Shown here piece by piece: positions 19,772 to 29,334 of a stretch of DNA of 64,000 nucleotides. Within the stretch, counting starts at the first letter, position 1; each line of letters opens with the position of its first letter. The translations under genes and the position numbers were made by a program. The stretch comes from an uncultured Planctomycetia bacterium (lineage in GTDB: Bacteria; Omnitrophota; Gorgyraeia; 2-02-FULL-51-18; JAGOUK01). Location: NCBI GenBank assembly GCA_964430735.1, contig CAYSFB010000002.1, positions 158,027 through 222,026 of the forward strand, read 5' to 3'. Below the pieces are notes generated by a model that ran no database searches, had not been told where the DNA came from, and saw nothing but the letters and a program-made list of their open reading frames with translations.

Positions 19772-21031
19772 ATGAGACCATTTTTACCCCTTCTGCTTCT
19801 GACGTCCCTGGCCTTCGCTGGAACCCTTCCGGCCGCCGCGGATGAATCGCCGGCCAATACCGACCCCTTCATCTTCCTGCTCGACGGTGAGGCGTTGTTC
19901 GGTTACGCCGACATCGCCGGACCGACCGAGGGCGACTTCTCGACCTCCGAAAAGTGGCTCGCCTCCGCCGCGTACAAGGTCAACGAAAAAGACCGGCTCA
20001 TCGGCCTTTACAACGGCTCGTTCCGCAAAGACAACATCTTCATCCGCCAGGACGAAGGCAGCCAGTCCTCCAACCAGCTGCTCTCGCACAACCTGTCCGC
20101 TGCCTTCAAGAAATACTTCGGCGACGCCTTCGTCTTCAAGCCGGTCTTTTTCTACGACACCGTCTTCGTCAAAGAAACGGCGGATGAATCGATCGGTGAC
20201 GGCCTCTACGATTACGAAGACCTCGGCGGCGGGTTCGAGAACACCCACCTGTTCGCGAGCGCCGACGGCGAACTCAACCGCAAACTCACCTACGGGTTCA
20301 ACATCTTCAAACGGGAATACCCCAATTACCGGACGCTCGAGGCGCTTTCGAGCCGCCAGCCGCTCGAAGACAAGGAAAAAGACTTCACCGGCTATAAGAC
20401 CGACGCTTCCTACCGCGCCCCCTGGTGGTTCGAATCGACCGGACGTTTCGCGGGCATCGCGCTGTTTAAGGACTACACCGACAAGCTCACCATCGATTCC
20501 AACGGCATCCGCGAGGGAGACAACCGGCAGGACTTTTATTACGAGATCGAAGGGTCGATCGTGCGGCCGTTCACGGAAACGCTGAGCGCGGGCTTCGCGT
20601 CGGTTTGGAAGCAGAACTTTTCGAGCTTGGATTTTTACGACACGCGGAACACGCTGCCGCTGGCGGACGACCGCTTTTTCGAAAATTACTACGACTATCA
20701 CGCGTACGTTCTGCGTCCGTTCGTGACGGTCAAAGGTCCCAAGTTTTCGGAAGCATCTGAGGAGTCCAGCCTTCAGGTCAGCTATTCCTTCGAAAAAACC
20801 TTCTACCCCGGCCGCACCGCCCAGGATATCTCAGGCCTTCTGCTGAGCGAGGACCAGGAAGACCGCAACGGCAAAACGTCCGCCCAACTCACCGTTCCCC
20901 TTGGCAGACAATGGTCGTGGATCCTGTCCGGCAGCTACGAAAAACAGTCTTCCAACCAGAAGTTCGAGCGCACCTTCCTCTACTCCTACGAATCCTGGTC
21001 CGTCCTGTCGGGCGTCCGGTTCGAGCTTTAA
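19772..21031 (+). CDS. hypothetical secreted protein, possible outer-membrane beta-barrel
   Basis: Signal peptide MRPFLPLLLLTSLAFAGTLPAAA. Alternating amphipathic beta-strand-like composition rich in Y/F/G/N/D. The track ORF starts at 19733; an ATG with a signal peptide is at 19772. Confidence 0.45.
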   Translation: MRPFLPLLLLTSLAFAGTLPAAADESPANTDPFIFLLDGEALFGYADIAGPTEGDFSTSEKWLASAAYKVNEKDRLIGLYNGSFRKDNIFIRQDEGSQSSNQLLSHNLSAAFKKYFGDAFVFKPVFFYDTVFVKETADESIGDGLYDYEDLGGGFENTHLFASADGELNRKLTYGFNIFKREYPNYRTLEALSSRQPLEDKEKDFTGYKTDASYRAPWWFESTGRFAGIALFKDYTDKLTIDSNGIREGDNRQDFYYEIEGSIVRPFTETLSAGFASVWKQNFSSLDFYDTRNTLPLADDRFFENYYDYHAYVLRPFVTVKGPKFSEASEESSLQVSYSFEKTFYPGRTAQDISGLLLSEDQEDRNGKTSAQLTVPLGRQWSWILSGSYEKQSSNQKFERTFLYSYESWSVLSGVRFEL

Positions 21032-21039
21032 TCTAGAAC

Positions 21040-22779
21040 TTATTCGATCGTGATTTGGTAAGCGGCGGGACGCGTCATGTCCAGGTTGGCCAGCACGGCG
21101 CCGACCCGGGTCACGCGTTCGTAGGCGCTCAGGTCGGCCCGGCCCGTCTGTCCGGCGGCGATGTCGAGCGTTTGGGTGCGAATGCCCTCGCGGGACTCCA
21201 GATAGAGAGTCACGCGGAGCTTTTCGGAAGAGCCCGTATTCGCGATCCGGACGTTCTGCGCGCGGCCCGGTCCTGCGCTCATCAGGATCTGATGCGCGTC
21301 AAAGGCCAGCGGCTGGATGTCGGCTTCCCGGGTCCAGTCGCCCGCGATGTTCTCTGTCGTCTTCGCGGCCGTCGCGGTCCCCCAGGCGGACACCCAGTCG
21401 GTCTTCAGCACCGGTGCAAACTGGGTCAGCGTCCCCCTTGCGTTGTAAATGTAGAACTGCCCATCCGACCACACGCTCCGCGTGACCGCCGCCGTCTGCA
21501 GCTTGGTCCCCTCCGGATGCGATCCGTACTCTCCGCGGTATGTCCAGTTGAAGTAATCGTTGAGCAGGTCGTCAAAACGTTCGCCCGTCACCTCCGACAG
21601 CACGCGCGCAAAATCTCCGGGTCCCGCCCCCTGCTCCAGAAGCCTGAGGTCGCGCGACACCTGGACGATCGCGTCCGGACCGAAACGCTTGTCGAAGTAC
21701 ATCCAGAACAGCGCGTTCTCGTACCGCATCGTAAAAAAGCTCTCGTCGGGATATCTCAGGTAGTAATTCGCCCCGCCGCGCGAAAACTGCACCCGGCCGT
21801 CGACGATCTTGCGAAAACCTTCCGAAGCGAAGCCCGCGTCCGAGCCCGACTTGCACTCGAAGTAGCGCGCCAGCCCTTCCGTGTACCAGTCGCCGCCGCG
21901 GATCTCGTGCTCCGTCGAGCCAAGGTTCTCGTTGAAGCCGTGGACGATCGCATGCGTCATCTCGTGCATCACCGACGTCGCCAGGTACTGGTCGTCGGTG
22001 TAGGTGTTGCCGGCCGCGTTCTCGGGCACGCGGTTGATCCGGTTCCAGAATTCGAGGAATTTTTTGTAATTCGCGGGCAGGAGGAGCGCCGGGGTCTTTT
22101 CGCCGGTGGCTTCGTTGGTGCGGATCATGAACAGCGGGGCGCGGCGGAAGTCTTCGAGCTCGAAGCCGCCGAACGGCAGAAGCCCTCCGGCCTCGGTGTC
22201 GCCGATATACGCTTCGATCACCTTCGGCCGCGCGTCGGGGTTCTGCCCCAGCTTCATGTCCCGGGTCAGAACGTCATAAGCCTTCTGCATGTGGGTCAGC
22301 ACGCGGTGCGGATAGGTCCGGTCGTCGGACTTTTCGAGCGTGAAGTCGGTGAAGTGGACCTTGAGCAAGGTGCCGTTGGCGGCGCGGGCAGAAAGCACTT
22401 TTTCGAGCACCAGATTTTTGGAGCTGGGGATCATCTCGCCGTAACGGCTGATCACGCGGCCGTCGACTTTGACCTGCAAGGGACCCGCGTAACTCGCGGG
22501 CGAAGGAATGATTTGAAAGTTGCGGCCGTCACGGAGCGTCTCCAGCGACCATTGTCCCTGCCCCTGGAGATCGCGGACGGCGTGAAGATTGCCCTGAGGA
22601 TCCATCGATTGAAGTTCGATACGCGAACCGGACGGCAGCTTCTCGCCGGCGCTCAGGCGAACGACGAGAGGAGCCACGGTGAGTTGGAGCGGATGGTCCT
22701 GCTCGACACCCGGCACGGATGATGTTTGCGTGATCGTGGCCGCAACTATAAGGAAGGCTGCGGTCCATTGGAACTTCAT
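21040..22779 (-). CDS. secreted zinc metalloprotease-like protein (HEXXH...E gluzincin motif)
   Basis: Signal peptide MKFQWTAAFLIVAATITQTSS. HEMTH with a downstream TEGLARYFE (candidate third zinc ligand). AAGGAG ribosome-binding site 9 nt upstream of the ATG at 22779. The opposite-strand ORF 21055..22722 was rejected. Confidence 0.55.
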   Translation of the reverse strand: MKFQWTAAFLIVAATITQTSSVPGVEQDHPLQLTVAPLVVRLSAGEKLPSGSRIELQSMDPQGNLHAVRDLQGQGQWSLETLRDGRNFQIIPSPASYAGPLQVKVDGRVISRYGEMIPSSKNLVLEKVLSARAANGTLLKVHFTDFTLEKSDDRTYPHRVLTHMQKAYDVLTRDMKLGQNPDARPKVIEAYIGDTEAGGLLPFGGFELEDFRRAPLFMIRTNEATGEKTPALLLPANYKKFLEFWNRINRVPENAAGNTYTDDQYLATSVMHEMTHAIVHGFNENLGSTEHEIRGGDWYTEGLARYFECKSGSDAGFASEGFRKIVDGRVQFSRGGANYYLRYPDESFFTMRYENALFWMYFDKRFGPDAIVQVSRDLRLLEQGAGPGDFARVLSEVTGERFDDLLNDYFNWTYRGEYGSHPEGTKLQTAAVTRSVWSDGQFYIYNARGTLTQFAPVLKTDWVSAWGTATAAKTTENIAGDWTREADIQPLAFDAHQILMSAGPGRAQNVRIANTGSSEKLRVTLYLESREGIRTQTLDIAAGQTGRADLSAYERVTRVGAVLANLDMTRPAAYQITIE

Positions 22780-22915
22780 CGGCATACTCTCCTTTCTCAA
22801 GGGCGAGTATGCATTGCTTACAATTACAATTCAAGACTAACTAAGTTTATTTATTTCTTTCATTCTGCCGGAAGTTCAAATCCCAGGAGGTTTTCGCTTT
22901 TAAGGGCCTGTCGGG

Positions 22916-22921
22916 TATAAT
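22916..22921 (+). promoter_or_regulatory. candidate -10 box (TATAAT) for tRNA-Glu
   Basis: TATAAT lies 16 nt upstream of the tRNA 5' end. The -35 element is weak (TTCGCT with 17-nt spacing). Confidence 0.3.
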
Positions 22922-22937
22922 ACCCCCTCACGATTTT

Positions 22938-23013
22938 GGCCCCATCGTCTAGTGGCCTAGGACACTACCCTCTCACGGTAGGGACACGGGTTCGACTCCC
23001 GTTGGGGCTACCA
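22938..23013 (+). tRNA. tRNA-Glu (anticodon CUC)
   Basis: Cloverleaf folded by hand. Acceptor stem GGCCCCA/TGGGGCT. D-arm GTCTAGTGGCCTAGGAC (E. coli Glu-like). Anticodon stem CTACC/GGTAG with loop CTCTCAC. T-arm ACGGG TTCGACT CCCGT. Encoded CCA present. Confidence 0.85.
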
Positions 23014-23119
23014 AAATCTGTTTTAAACGGCGCATCTGCGTCGTTGCGCGTCGCTTGGATGCCGAAGAGCATTCCGCGCTCCGCGCGCCTAGCATCTGCA
23101 CCCTTTAAAACAGATTTTT
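23013..23119. repeat. AT-rich 15-bp perfect inverted repeat pair bracketing a 77-bp GC-rich core, immediately 3' of tRNA-Glu
   Basis: AAAATCTGTTTTAAA at 23013-23027 and TTTAAAACAGATTTT at 23105-23119. The core contains direct GCATCTGC repeats. Confidence 0.5.
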
Positions 23120-23171
23120 CACTCTGCGCGATGCACGCGGACGCGTGCCGCGCAACCTGGGAATATCTTTT

Positions 23172-23711
23172 ATGGCCAAATCCAAATCAAAAACAAAGCC
23201 TGTTGAACATCCGGTGGTGACGGTCATCATCGAGATTCCGAAGGGCAGCCGGAACAAGTACGAGTTCGACAAGAAGACCGGCGTGATTAAGTTCGACCGC
23301 ATGCTGTTCTCGGCCGTGCACTACCCTTCCGATTACGGGTTCATTCCGGAGACGCTGGCGCAGGACGGGGATCCGCTCGACGCGCTGGTGCTGGTGTGGG
23401 AACCGACCTTCCCGGGCTGCCTGATTCAGGCGCGGCCGATCGGCTTGTTCAAGATGTGGGACGAAAAGGGGCCTGACGAAAAAATCCTGTGCGTTCCGGT
23501 CCACGATCCGCTGTGGAACCACCTGACGACGCTCAAAGAATGCCCGCCGCATCTCCTCAAGGAAATCGAGCACTTTTTCAAAATCTATAAAGATCTCGAA
23601 GAGAAGAAAACAGGCGTCGAAGGCTGGCAGGGATTGGAAGCCGCGTTGCGGATTATCGAAGAATCACGGGTCCGTTACCGCCAATCCCTCAAAAAGAAGA
23701 AAAAAGCCTAG
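23172..23711 (+). CDS. ppa: inorganic pyrophosphatase
   Basis: Family I PPase signatures: EIPKGSRNKYE, DGDPLDALV and the PPase fold segment HYPSDYGFIPETLAQDGDPLD. ATG at 23172; the track ORF starts at a GTG at 23145. Confidence 0.85.
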   Translation: MAKSKSKTKPVEHPVVTVIIEIPKGSRNKYEFDKKTGVIKFDRMLFSAVHYPSDYGFIPETLAQDGDPLDALVLVWEPTFPGCLIQARPIGLFKMWDEKGPDEKILCVPVHDPLWNHLTTLKECPPHLLKEIEHFFKIYKDLEEKKTGVEGWQGLEAALRIIEESRVRYRQSLKKKKKA

Positions 23712-24997
23712 CGCTTCTTCTCGTCCCGGGCGGCGGTCAGCGCCGCGCCGCGGTCCAGCAAATACGCCAGATCGACCGGCTCCCCCGACCTCGCCGTCAG
23801 CGGCTCCACCGCCAGATCCAATTCGAACGGCAGATGCTTCGCCTCGTTGTACCATTCCGCGTCGCGCAACAGGCGGTGTTTGACCGTTTCGGTCGAATCG
23901 TGGTCGCAATGGACCGCCGCGACCGCAAAATCCTCCTCCCCGACTCTTGCCACGATGTCCGAATCCCGGAACGAATGCCTCAGAATCCTCGCCGCGGCCA
24001 GGACCGCCCGCTCCTGGGCTTCCGGTCCCTGCGACTCGGGAAGCTGCGCGAAGCCAGCGATCTTCACGTAATACATGACGAAGTCGCGCTGAAGCCGCTT
24101 ATAAACCTTGAGCTGATGCTCGACTAGAGCCAGAAACGCGGCGCGGTTATGGCAGCCGGTGAGCTCGTCTTTGAGACGCGCGGACCGGGCTTTTTTGAGC
24201 AGCGAATGCCGCTCGATCGCGTACCGGATCGCGCGGCTCAGGATCTGAAGGTTCATGTCGTTCTTATGGACGAAGTCCTGGGCCCCTTCGTGCAGCGCCT
24301 CTTCGGCCATCAATTCGTCCTGGTGTCCGGTCAGCAGCAGGATCGGCACGTCCACCGCGGATTTTTTGAGCTCGCGGAACGTCGCGATGCCCTGACTGTC
24401 CGGCAGACCAAGGTCCGACACGACGAGGTCGGGCGTTTTTTCCTTTAAAAAAGCGCACGCTTCCTTGAGCGTCTTGACGTGATGGACGGCGTACGACTGT
24501 TTGCGGTCGTGGCTGAGCATGGTCCGGATCAGGAGCGCGTCGTCCTCGTCGTTTTCGACAACCAGGATGACGTTGGACTTCCGATGCGGGGCGGTCTCGA
24601 ACGGAAGCCGCTCCTTGAGCTCCTTCAGAATGTCGTCCGGCCGGCACGGCTTGGTCAGGTAGGCGTCCGCGCCGATGACGCGGCCGATGACGCGGTCGGC
24701 GTCGCCCGACTTGGACGTGAACATCACGATCGGAATCTTGGCGACGGCGGGATTTTCGTGCGCGCGGATCGCCTTGCAGACGTCCTCCCCGCACATCTTG
24801 GGGAGCCGCAGGTCCAAAAAAATGATGTTCGGCTTGTGTTCGATCGCCGCGCGCAGCCCTTCCTCGCCGTCCTCGGCGACGATGAGGTCACACCCCTCGG
24901 GAAGGGCGTGGCGGAACAGCAGCGCGTCGTCCGGGTCGTCTTCGACCAGGAGGATTCTGGGTTTTTGGACCGTGCCGCCGGTTTTGAATTTTTTCAC
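23708..24997 (-). CDS. response regulator with two receiver domains and a degenerate GGDEF domain
   Basis: REC1 (ILLVEDDPDD...FLDLRLPKMCG). REC2 (VILVVENDEDD...VVSDLGLPD). GGDEF-like domain with LTGCHNRAAF but RVGEEDF in place of GG[DE]EF. GTG start at 24997 preceded by AAGGAG; it forms a GTGA overlap with the upstream gene's stop codon. Confidence 0.75.
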   Translation of the reverse strand: MKKFKTGGTVQKPRILLVEDDPDDALLFRHALPEGCDLIVAEDGEEGLRAAIEHKPNIIFLDLRLPKMCGEDVCKAIRAHENPAVAKIPIVMFTSKSGDADRVIGRVIGADAYLTKPCRPDDILKELKERLPFETAPHRKSNVILVVENDEDDALLIRTMLSHDRKQSYAVHHVKTLKEACAFLKEKTPDLVVSDLGLPDSQGIATFRELKKSAVDVPILLLTGHQDELMAEEALHEGAQDFVHKNDMNLQILSRAIRYAIERHSLLKKARSARLKDELTGCHNRAAFLALVEHQLKVYKRLQRDFVMYYVKIAGFAQLPESQGPEAQERAVLAAARILRHSFRDSDIVARVGEEDFAVAAVHCDHDSTETVKHRLLRDAEWYNEAKHLPFELDLAVEPLTARSGEPVDLAYLLDRGAALTAARDEKKR

Positions 24998-25476
24998 TGA
25001 CCCTTCTCCTTTTCTCTGGCGGATCCGGCTGGTTCGGGCGCGGGGTGCAGCGCATTTTTGAGCCAATAATCGCAGATCGTCCCGATCATCGACACCAGGG
25101 ACCTGAAGTCGTTCGGCTTCGTAAAGTACGAGTTGGCGCCCTCCAAATACGACCGGTTCACGTCCCCGTGATATTTGGACGTGGTCAGGACGAGCACGGG
25201 GATTTTTTTCAAATCGGAATGGTTTTTCAAATCGCGGAGCGCTTCCCGGCCGTCCTTGCGCGGCATCCGCAGGTCCATCAGGATGAACTTCGGATACGCC
25301 GGCCCGCCGTCGGAAACCGAGCCCAGCAGCTGGGGCATCAACCCCTCTCCGTCCAGCGCCCGGGTCAGATGCACCGGGTTCCCGGACTCCTCGAACGCGC
25401 GTTTGAGCAGCAAAAAATCGTCATCGTCGTCTTCGAACACCAGGACCCAGGGCGCGGGCTGCTTGATGACCATCAT
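24994..25476 (-). CDS. single-domain response regulator (CheY-like receiver)
   Basis: LVFEDDDDDFLLL...ILMDLRMPRKDG...VLVLTTS...YFTKP receiver signatures. Confidence 0.8.
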   Translation of the reverse strand: MMVIKQPAPWVLVFEDDDDDFLLLKRAFEESGNPVHLTRALDGEGLMPQLLGSVSDGGPAYPKFILMDLRMPRKDGREALRDLKNHSDLKKIPVLVLTTSKYHGDVNRSYLEGANSYFTKPNDFRSLVSMIGTICDYWLKNALHPAPEPAGSAREKEKGQ

Positions 25477-26849
25477 GCCGGCACCGCCAGAAGCTCCACG
25501 GTGAACCGCGCGCCCTTGCCCGGAAGGCTCTCGGCGCGGATCGATCCGCCGTGCCGCAGGACGATGCGCTGGCAGATCGCCAGACCCACGCCGGTCCCCT
25601 CGTAATCTTCGCGGCCGTGCAGCCGCTCGAACGGCTGAAAAATCCGGTCCGCGTATTTGGCGTTGAAGCCGATCCCCTGATCGGCCACTTCGACGGCCGC
25701 GTAATCCACGTGCGAGGACTTGACGGTCTTCACCTCGACGACGGGCGCTTCGCCCTTTTCGCAGAACTTGATCGCGTTCGACAGCAGGTTCTGAAAAAGC
25801 TGCCGCATCCGGTAGCGGTCGGCCCGGACCGTCGGCAACGGGCCGACCGCGATCTGCGCGCGCGTTCTGGAAATCGCCAACTCCAGGTCGCCGAGCACTT
25901 CGCGGACCACCGCGTTCAGATCGACTGCGGTCAGCTGGGGCTTTTCGCGCGAAACCCGCGAGTAAGCCAGCAGCGCTTCGATGAGATCCTGCATCCGCGT
26001 GACCGCCTTTTGCATCCGGGCCACGTAATCACGGCCTTTATCTCCGAGCTCCGAATGGCACTCGGCCTTGAGCAGATCGCCGAAGGCCATGACCTTGCGC
26101 AACGGCTCCTGAAGATCGTGCGACGCGACGTACGCAAACTGCTCGAGCTCCAGGTTGCTCTGCTTGAGCACTTCGGTGTGCCGCAACCCCTCCTCCGCCC
26201 GTTTCCGGTCGGTGATGTCTTCCGATATTCCCATGAGGTACAGCGGCCGGCCCTCGCGGTCGAGCACCGGGATCTTCTTGGTGTGCAGGATGCGGACGCC
26301 CTTGTGACGGGTTTGAATCGACTCCTCCTGGATTTCGACCAGCTTGCCGGCGGTCAGCGTCTCGCGGTCCTTTTTGATGAAAAAGTCCGCCTCGTCCTTC
26401 GGAAAAAAATCGTAGTCGTTCTTGCCGAGCAGCTCCGAGCGCTCATACCCCAGCAGCTCTTCGCCCGCGCGGTTGAACCGCACGAAGCGCAGGTCTTTGG
26501 CGTCCTTGAGAAAAATCATGTCGGGGATGTTTTCGATGATGGAATCGAGATAGGAGTTGAGTTCACGCAGCTCACCCTCGATGCGTTTGCGCTCGAGGAT
26601 CTGGGCGCGCAGGGCCTCGTTGGCGGCGGTAAGTTCGCGGGTGCGCTCTCGGACGCGCATCTCGAGATCGCTTTTGACTTTGGAAATGGTTTGATCGGTG
26701 CGGTTGAGCGCGGCCATGTGCTTTTCGCGGTCCGCTTCGAGTTCGCGGATGCGTTCGAGCATCGATTCGGGGGAAGGATTATTGGACTTGTCCCAAGGCC
26801 AGCTGGGCAACGGCGCGGTCTCCTTTGAATAAAGCCGGAGTCCGGACAA
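25473..26849 (-). CDS. PAS-domain sensor histidine kinase
   Basis: Coiled-coil N-terminus. PAS segment. HisKA H-box FAYVASHDLQEPLRKV. HATPase_c segment (LLSNAIKF...DQGIGF...GTGVGLAICQRIV). Confidence 0.85.
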   Translation of the reverse strand: MSGLRLYSKETAPLPSWPWDKSNNPSPESMLERIRELEADREKHMAALNRTDQTISKVKSDLEMRVRERTRELTAANEALRAQILERKRIEGELRELNSYLDSIIENIPDMIFLKDAKDLRFVRFNRAGEELLGYERSELLGKNDYDFFPKDEADFFIKKDRETLTAGKLVEIQEESIQTRHKGVRILHTKKIPVLDREGRPLYLMGISEDITDRKRAEEGLRHTEVLKQSNLELEQFAYVASHDLQEPLRKVMAFGDLLKAECHSELGDKGRDYVARMQKAVTRMQDLIEALLAYSRVSREKPQLTAVDLNAVVREVLGDLELAISRTRAQIAVGPLPTVRADRYRMRQLFQNLLSNAIKFCEKGEAPVVEVKTVKSSHVDYAAVEVADQGIGFNAKYADRIFQPFERLHGREDYEGTGVGLAICQRIVLRHGGSIRAESLPGKGARFTVELLAVPA

Positions 26850-26873
26850 CGGCCTTATTATAACCCTGGCGGG

Positions 26874-27764
26874 TTAACGGCGGACGGAGGCGCGTTTTTT
26901 TTCGTACATCGCCTTGTCGGCGGCCTCGAGCAGGGCTTCGAGGGTCGCGGGAGCGGCCGGATCAAAATAAACGGCGCCGAAGCTGAAGGAGAGCGCATCC
27001 CCGGGCGGCAAGGCGGCGTTGTGCCGGACAAGCCGTTCCGTCAGACGGGACTCAAGGAGCGGGAGCTGGCTGTTCTGCAGATCCATCGCCATCACGACGA
27101 ATTCGTCGCCGCCCATCCGGGCGAGGATGTCCGACGTGCGGAACGAAGCCGTCAGGACGGCCGCCGTCGCCGTGAGCAGCCGGTCTCCCGCGGCATGCCC
27201 GTCGCGGTCGTTCACTTTTTTGAGGCCGTCGACGTCGATCGAAAAGATGCCGAACCCCCGCTGGCTGCGCGAGGCGAGCTTCAAGTGCTGGCCCGCCAGC
27301 GTCAAAAACCCGCGCCGGTTGTAGAGTCCGGTCAGAGGGTCGACGAGCGAGAGCCGCTGCAGCTCGATCTGGAGCCGGCTGCGCTCGAGATTGTAATGCA
27401 GGATGCGGGAAAGGAATTTGCCGTCGACCTGACCCTTGATCACATAGTCCTGCGCGCCCGATTTGAGCGCGTCAAGCGCGACCGTTTCGTCGTCCGTCGC
27501 GGACAGGATCACGACGGGCACGAACGGCGCGCTGCTTTTGACCCGGCCGAAGGTATCCAGGCCGCGGCTGTCGGACAGATTCAAATCGAGCAGCACGATA
27601 TCCACGGGTTGGCGGCCCAGTGCCTCCAATCCTGCGGCGAGAGTGGAAGCGTGGATCGTTTCGAACCGGTTCTTCAGATCATTCTTGAGACGGTTCTGAA
27701 CGACCAGCGCGTAATCGGCGTCGTCTTCGATCAGCAGTATTTTGACGGATTCCGGAGCGCTCAT
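26874..27764 (-). CDS. response regulator-diguanylate cyclase (REC-GGDEF)
   Basis: REC (ILLIEDDADYA...LLDLNLSDSRG). GGDEF domain with an intact RxxD I-site and RMGGDEF active-site motif. Upstream LTGLYNRRGF. Confidence 0.85.
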   Translation of the reverse strand: MSAPESVKILLIEDDADYALVVQNRLKNDLKNRFETIHASTLAAGLEALGRQPVDIVLLDLNLSDSRGLDTFGRVKSSAPFVPVVILSATDDETVALDALKSGAQDYVIKGQVDGKFLSRILHYNLERSRLQIELQRLSLVDPLTGLYNRRGFLTLAGQHLKLASRSQRGFGIFSIDVDGLKKVNDRDGHAAGDRLLTATAAVLTASFRTSDILARMGGDEFVVMAMDLQNSQLPLLESRLTERLVRHNAALPPGDALSFSFGAVYFDPAAPATLEALLEAADKAMYEKKRASVRR

Positions 27765-28960
27765 GGGGCGTCAGCTCCTTTGGGGGTTTCTTCCTGTTCG
27801 ATCAATGTGAGTCCGTACTCGGCGGTCATCCGGCCGGCGGATTCACGGCTTAAAAAGGCATCGATTTTTTCGCGGATCCGGTCATACACGGCGCGGGCCG
27901 CCTGACGATCGGCCTCCGGCAAAAGGACCCAGACGCGGCCGGCGTCCCGGACAAACGCGTCCTCCTGCCGGCGCAGACAGTCTTTGATCAAAGGGTCCAG
28001 GCGCTCCAGAATTTTTTCGTGCTCTTCGGGCCGGAGGGCAGGCGCGGCGCCGGTGCGGCGGATCTCGGCGGTCACCAGACCCATCACGGTCCCGCGCGCG
28101 GACGCGCGGTCCTTCATCCGGCGCAGGATATCGTCCACCGCCTCCTGAGCGGAACGCAGCGGAATGCGGACTTCGAAGCGGCTTCCCTCGCCGGGCCGGC
28201 TCGAGGCTTCGATCGATCCCCCGTGTATTTCTGCCAGGCCTTTGCAGATCGCGAGACCCAGGCCGGCGCCCTTGTCCGGAGTCGCCCGGTTCCGGCTGAA
28301 CTGTTCGAACTTCGAAAATACCCTCGGGAGGTCGCCGGCCGCGATCCCGATTCCCGTGTCCTGCACGACGACCTTCGCCGTGCGCCCCTCGATGGTCAGG
28401 TCGAGGTCGATCCGGCCCGAGTCCGTAAACTTGACCGCGTTCGACAGCAGGTTCGTCAGGATTTGTTCGAATTTGTCGCGGTCGACATACCCCTTGAGCG
28501 TGTCGGGCGCGGTGATCCGGAACGCGAGTTTCTTTTTTTCCGCGGCGGCTTTGAAGGCCTGTGCGGTGTCGCGCACGCAAACGGCCAGATCGGCCGCTTC
28601 GAGTTTGAGCCGCGTCTTACCGGACTCGATCTTGGACAGGTCCAGAAGGTCGGAGACCAGTCGCGACAACCGGTCGGTTCCGCGGATGGCGAGGGCGAGC
28701 GTCTGCGCCTGCACGGGCGACACCGGGCCGTGGACCCCGTCGGCGATTTGGGCGACGGCCTCGCGGATGATGGCCAGCGGTGTGCGCAGCTCGTGGGACA
28801 CCGTCGACACAAACTCGGATTTGAGCGCATCGAGCTTCTGAAGTTCGCGGTTCTGGCGCTCGAGCTCCCGGTAGAGGTGCTTGATCCCCTGGTTCGTCTT
28901 GTCGGCGGCCCAGCGCACGTCTTCGAGTTCGCGCCGCAGCGCGGCCAATTCGTCCGTCAC
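27761..28960 (-). CDS. sensor histidine kinase with C-terminal extension
   Basis: H-box FVSTVSHELRTPLAII. HATPase_c (LLSNAVKF...DTGIGI...GAGLGLAICKGL). Extra ~140-aa C-terminal domain of unknown function. Confidence 0.85.
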   Translation of the reverse strand: MTDELAALRRELEDVRWAADKTNQGIKHLYRELERQNRELQKLDALKSEFVSTVSHELRTPLAIIREAVAQIADGVHGPVSPVQAQTLALAIRGTDRLSRLVSDLLDLSKIESGKTRLKLEAADLAVCVRDTAQAFKAAAEKKKLAFRITAPDTLKGYVDRDKFEQILTNLLSNAVKFTDSGRIDLDLTIEGRTAKVVVQDTGIGIAAGDLPRVFSKFEQFSRNRATPDKGAGLGLAICKGLAEIHGGSIEASSRPGEGSRFEVRIPLRSAQEAVDDILRRMKDRASARGTVMGLVTAEIRRTGAAPALRPEEHEKILERLDPLIKDCLRRQEDAFVRDAGRVWVLLPEADRQAARAVYDRIREKIDAFLSRESAGRMTAEYGLTLIEQEETPKGADAP

Positions 28961-29334
28961 GATTTTTGATCCAGAAATTCCGCCAGCGCTTCCAGCAGCG
29001 GCAGTCCGTCGGCCGTCTTGACGACATAATCATCGGCGCCCGCCTTGCGCGCGCGGCCGGCATCCAGCGCGTCGACGAGGCCCGTGATCATCACGATTTT
29101 GGCGTCCGGACGCCGCGCCCGGATCATCCGGCAGACTTCGAACCCGTCCCCTCCCGGCAGCACCGTGTCGACGATCGCGAGGTCGATCGCATGCGACTCG
29201 GCCGCGGCCCGCGCCGCCTCCGGCGTCGCCGCTTCGATGGGCTCGCCGCGTCCGGACTGGCGCAGCAGACGGTTCATGATTTTGCGGTCCTGGTCGTTGT
29301 CGTCCACCAGCAGGATGATCGGAAGCTTTTTCAT
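28957..29334 (-). CDS. single-domain response regulator (receiver)
   Basis: ILLVDDNDQD...IVDTVLPGGDG...IVMITG receiver signatures. ATG at 29334 forms an ATGA overlap with the upstream gene's stop codon. Confidence 0.8.
   Translation of the reverse strand: MKKLPIILLVDDNDQDRKIMNRLLRQSGRGEPIEAATPEAARAAAESHAIDLAIVDTVLPGGDGFEVCRMIRARRPDAKIVMITGLVDALDAGRARKAGADDYVVKTADGLPLLEALAEFLDQKS

Noticed and set aside
22873-22885. GTTCAAATCCC 11-mer resembling a tRNA T-arm, upstream of tRNA-Glu; considered as a tRNA 3' fragment or att remnant of an integrative element
   Set aside because: Only the T-loop core matches. The flanks do not match the 3' halves of either tRNA-Glu or tRNA-Leu in the window. Too short to support.
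22936-23220. 94-aa ORF on the plus strand starting at a TTG
   Set aside because: It is read straight through the tRNA-Glu gene and the inverted-repeat element. No ribosome-binding site. A tRNA explains the conservation.
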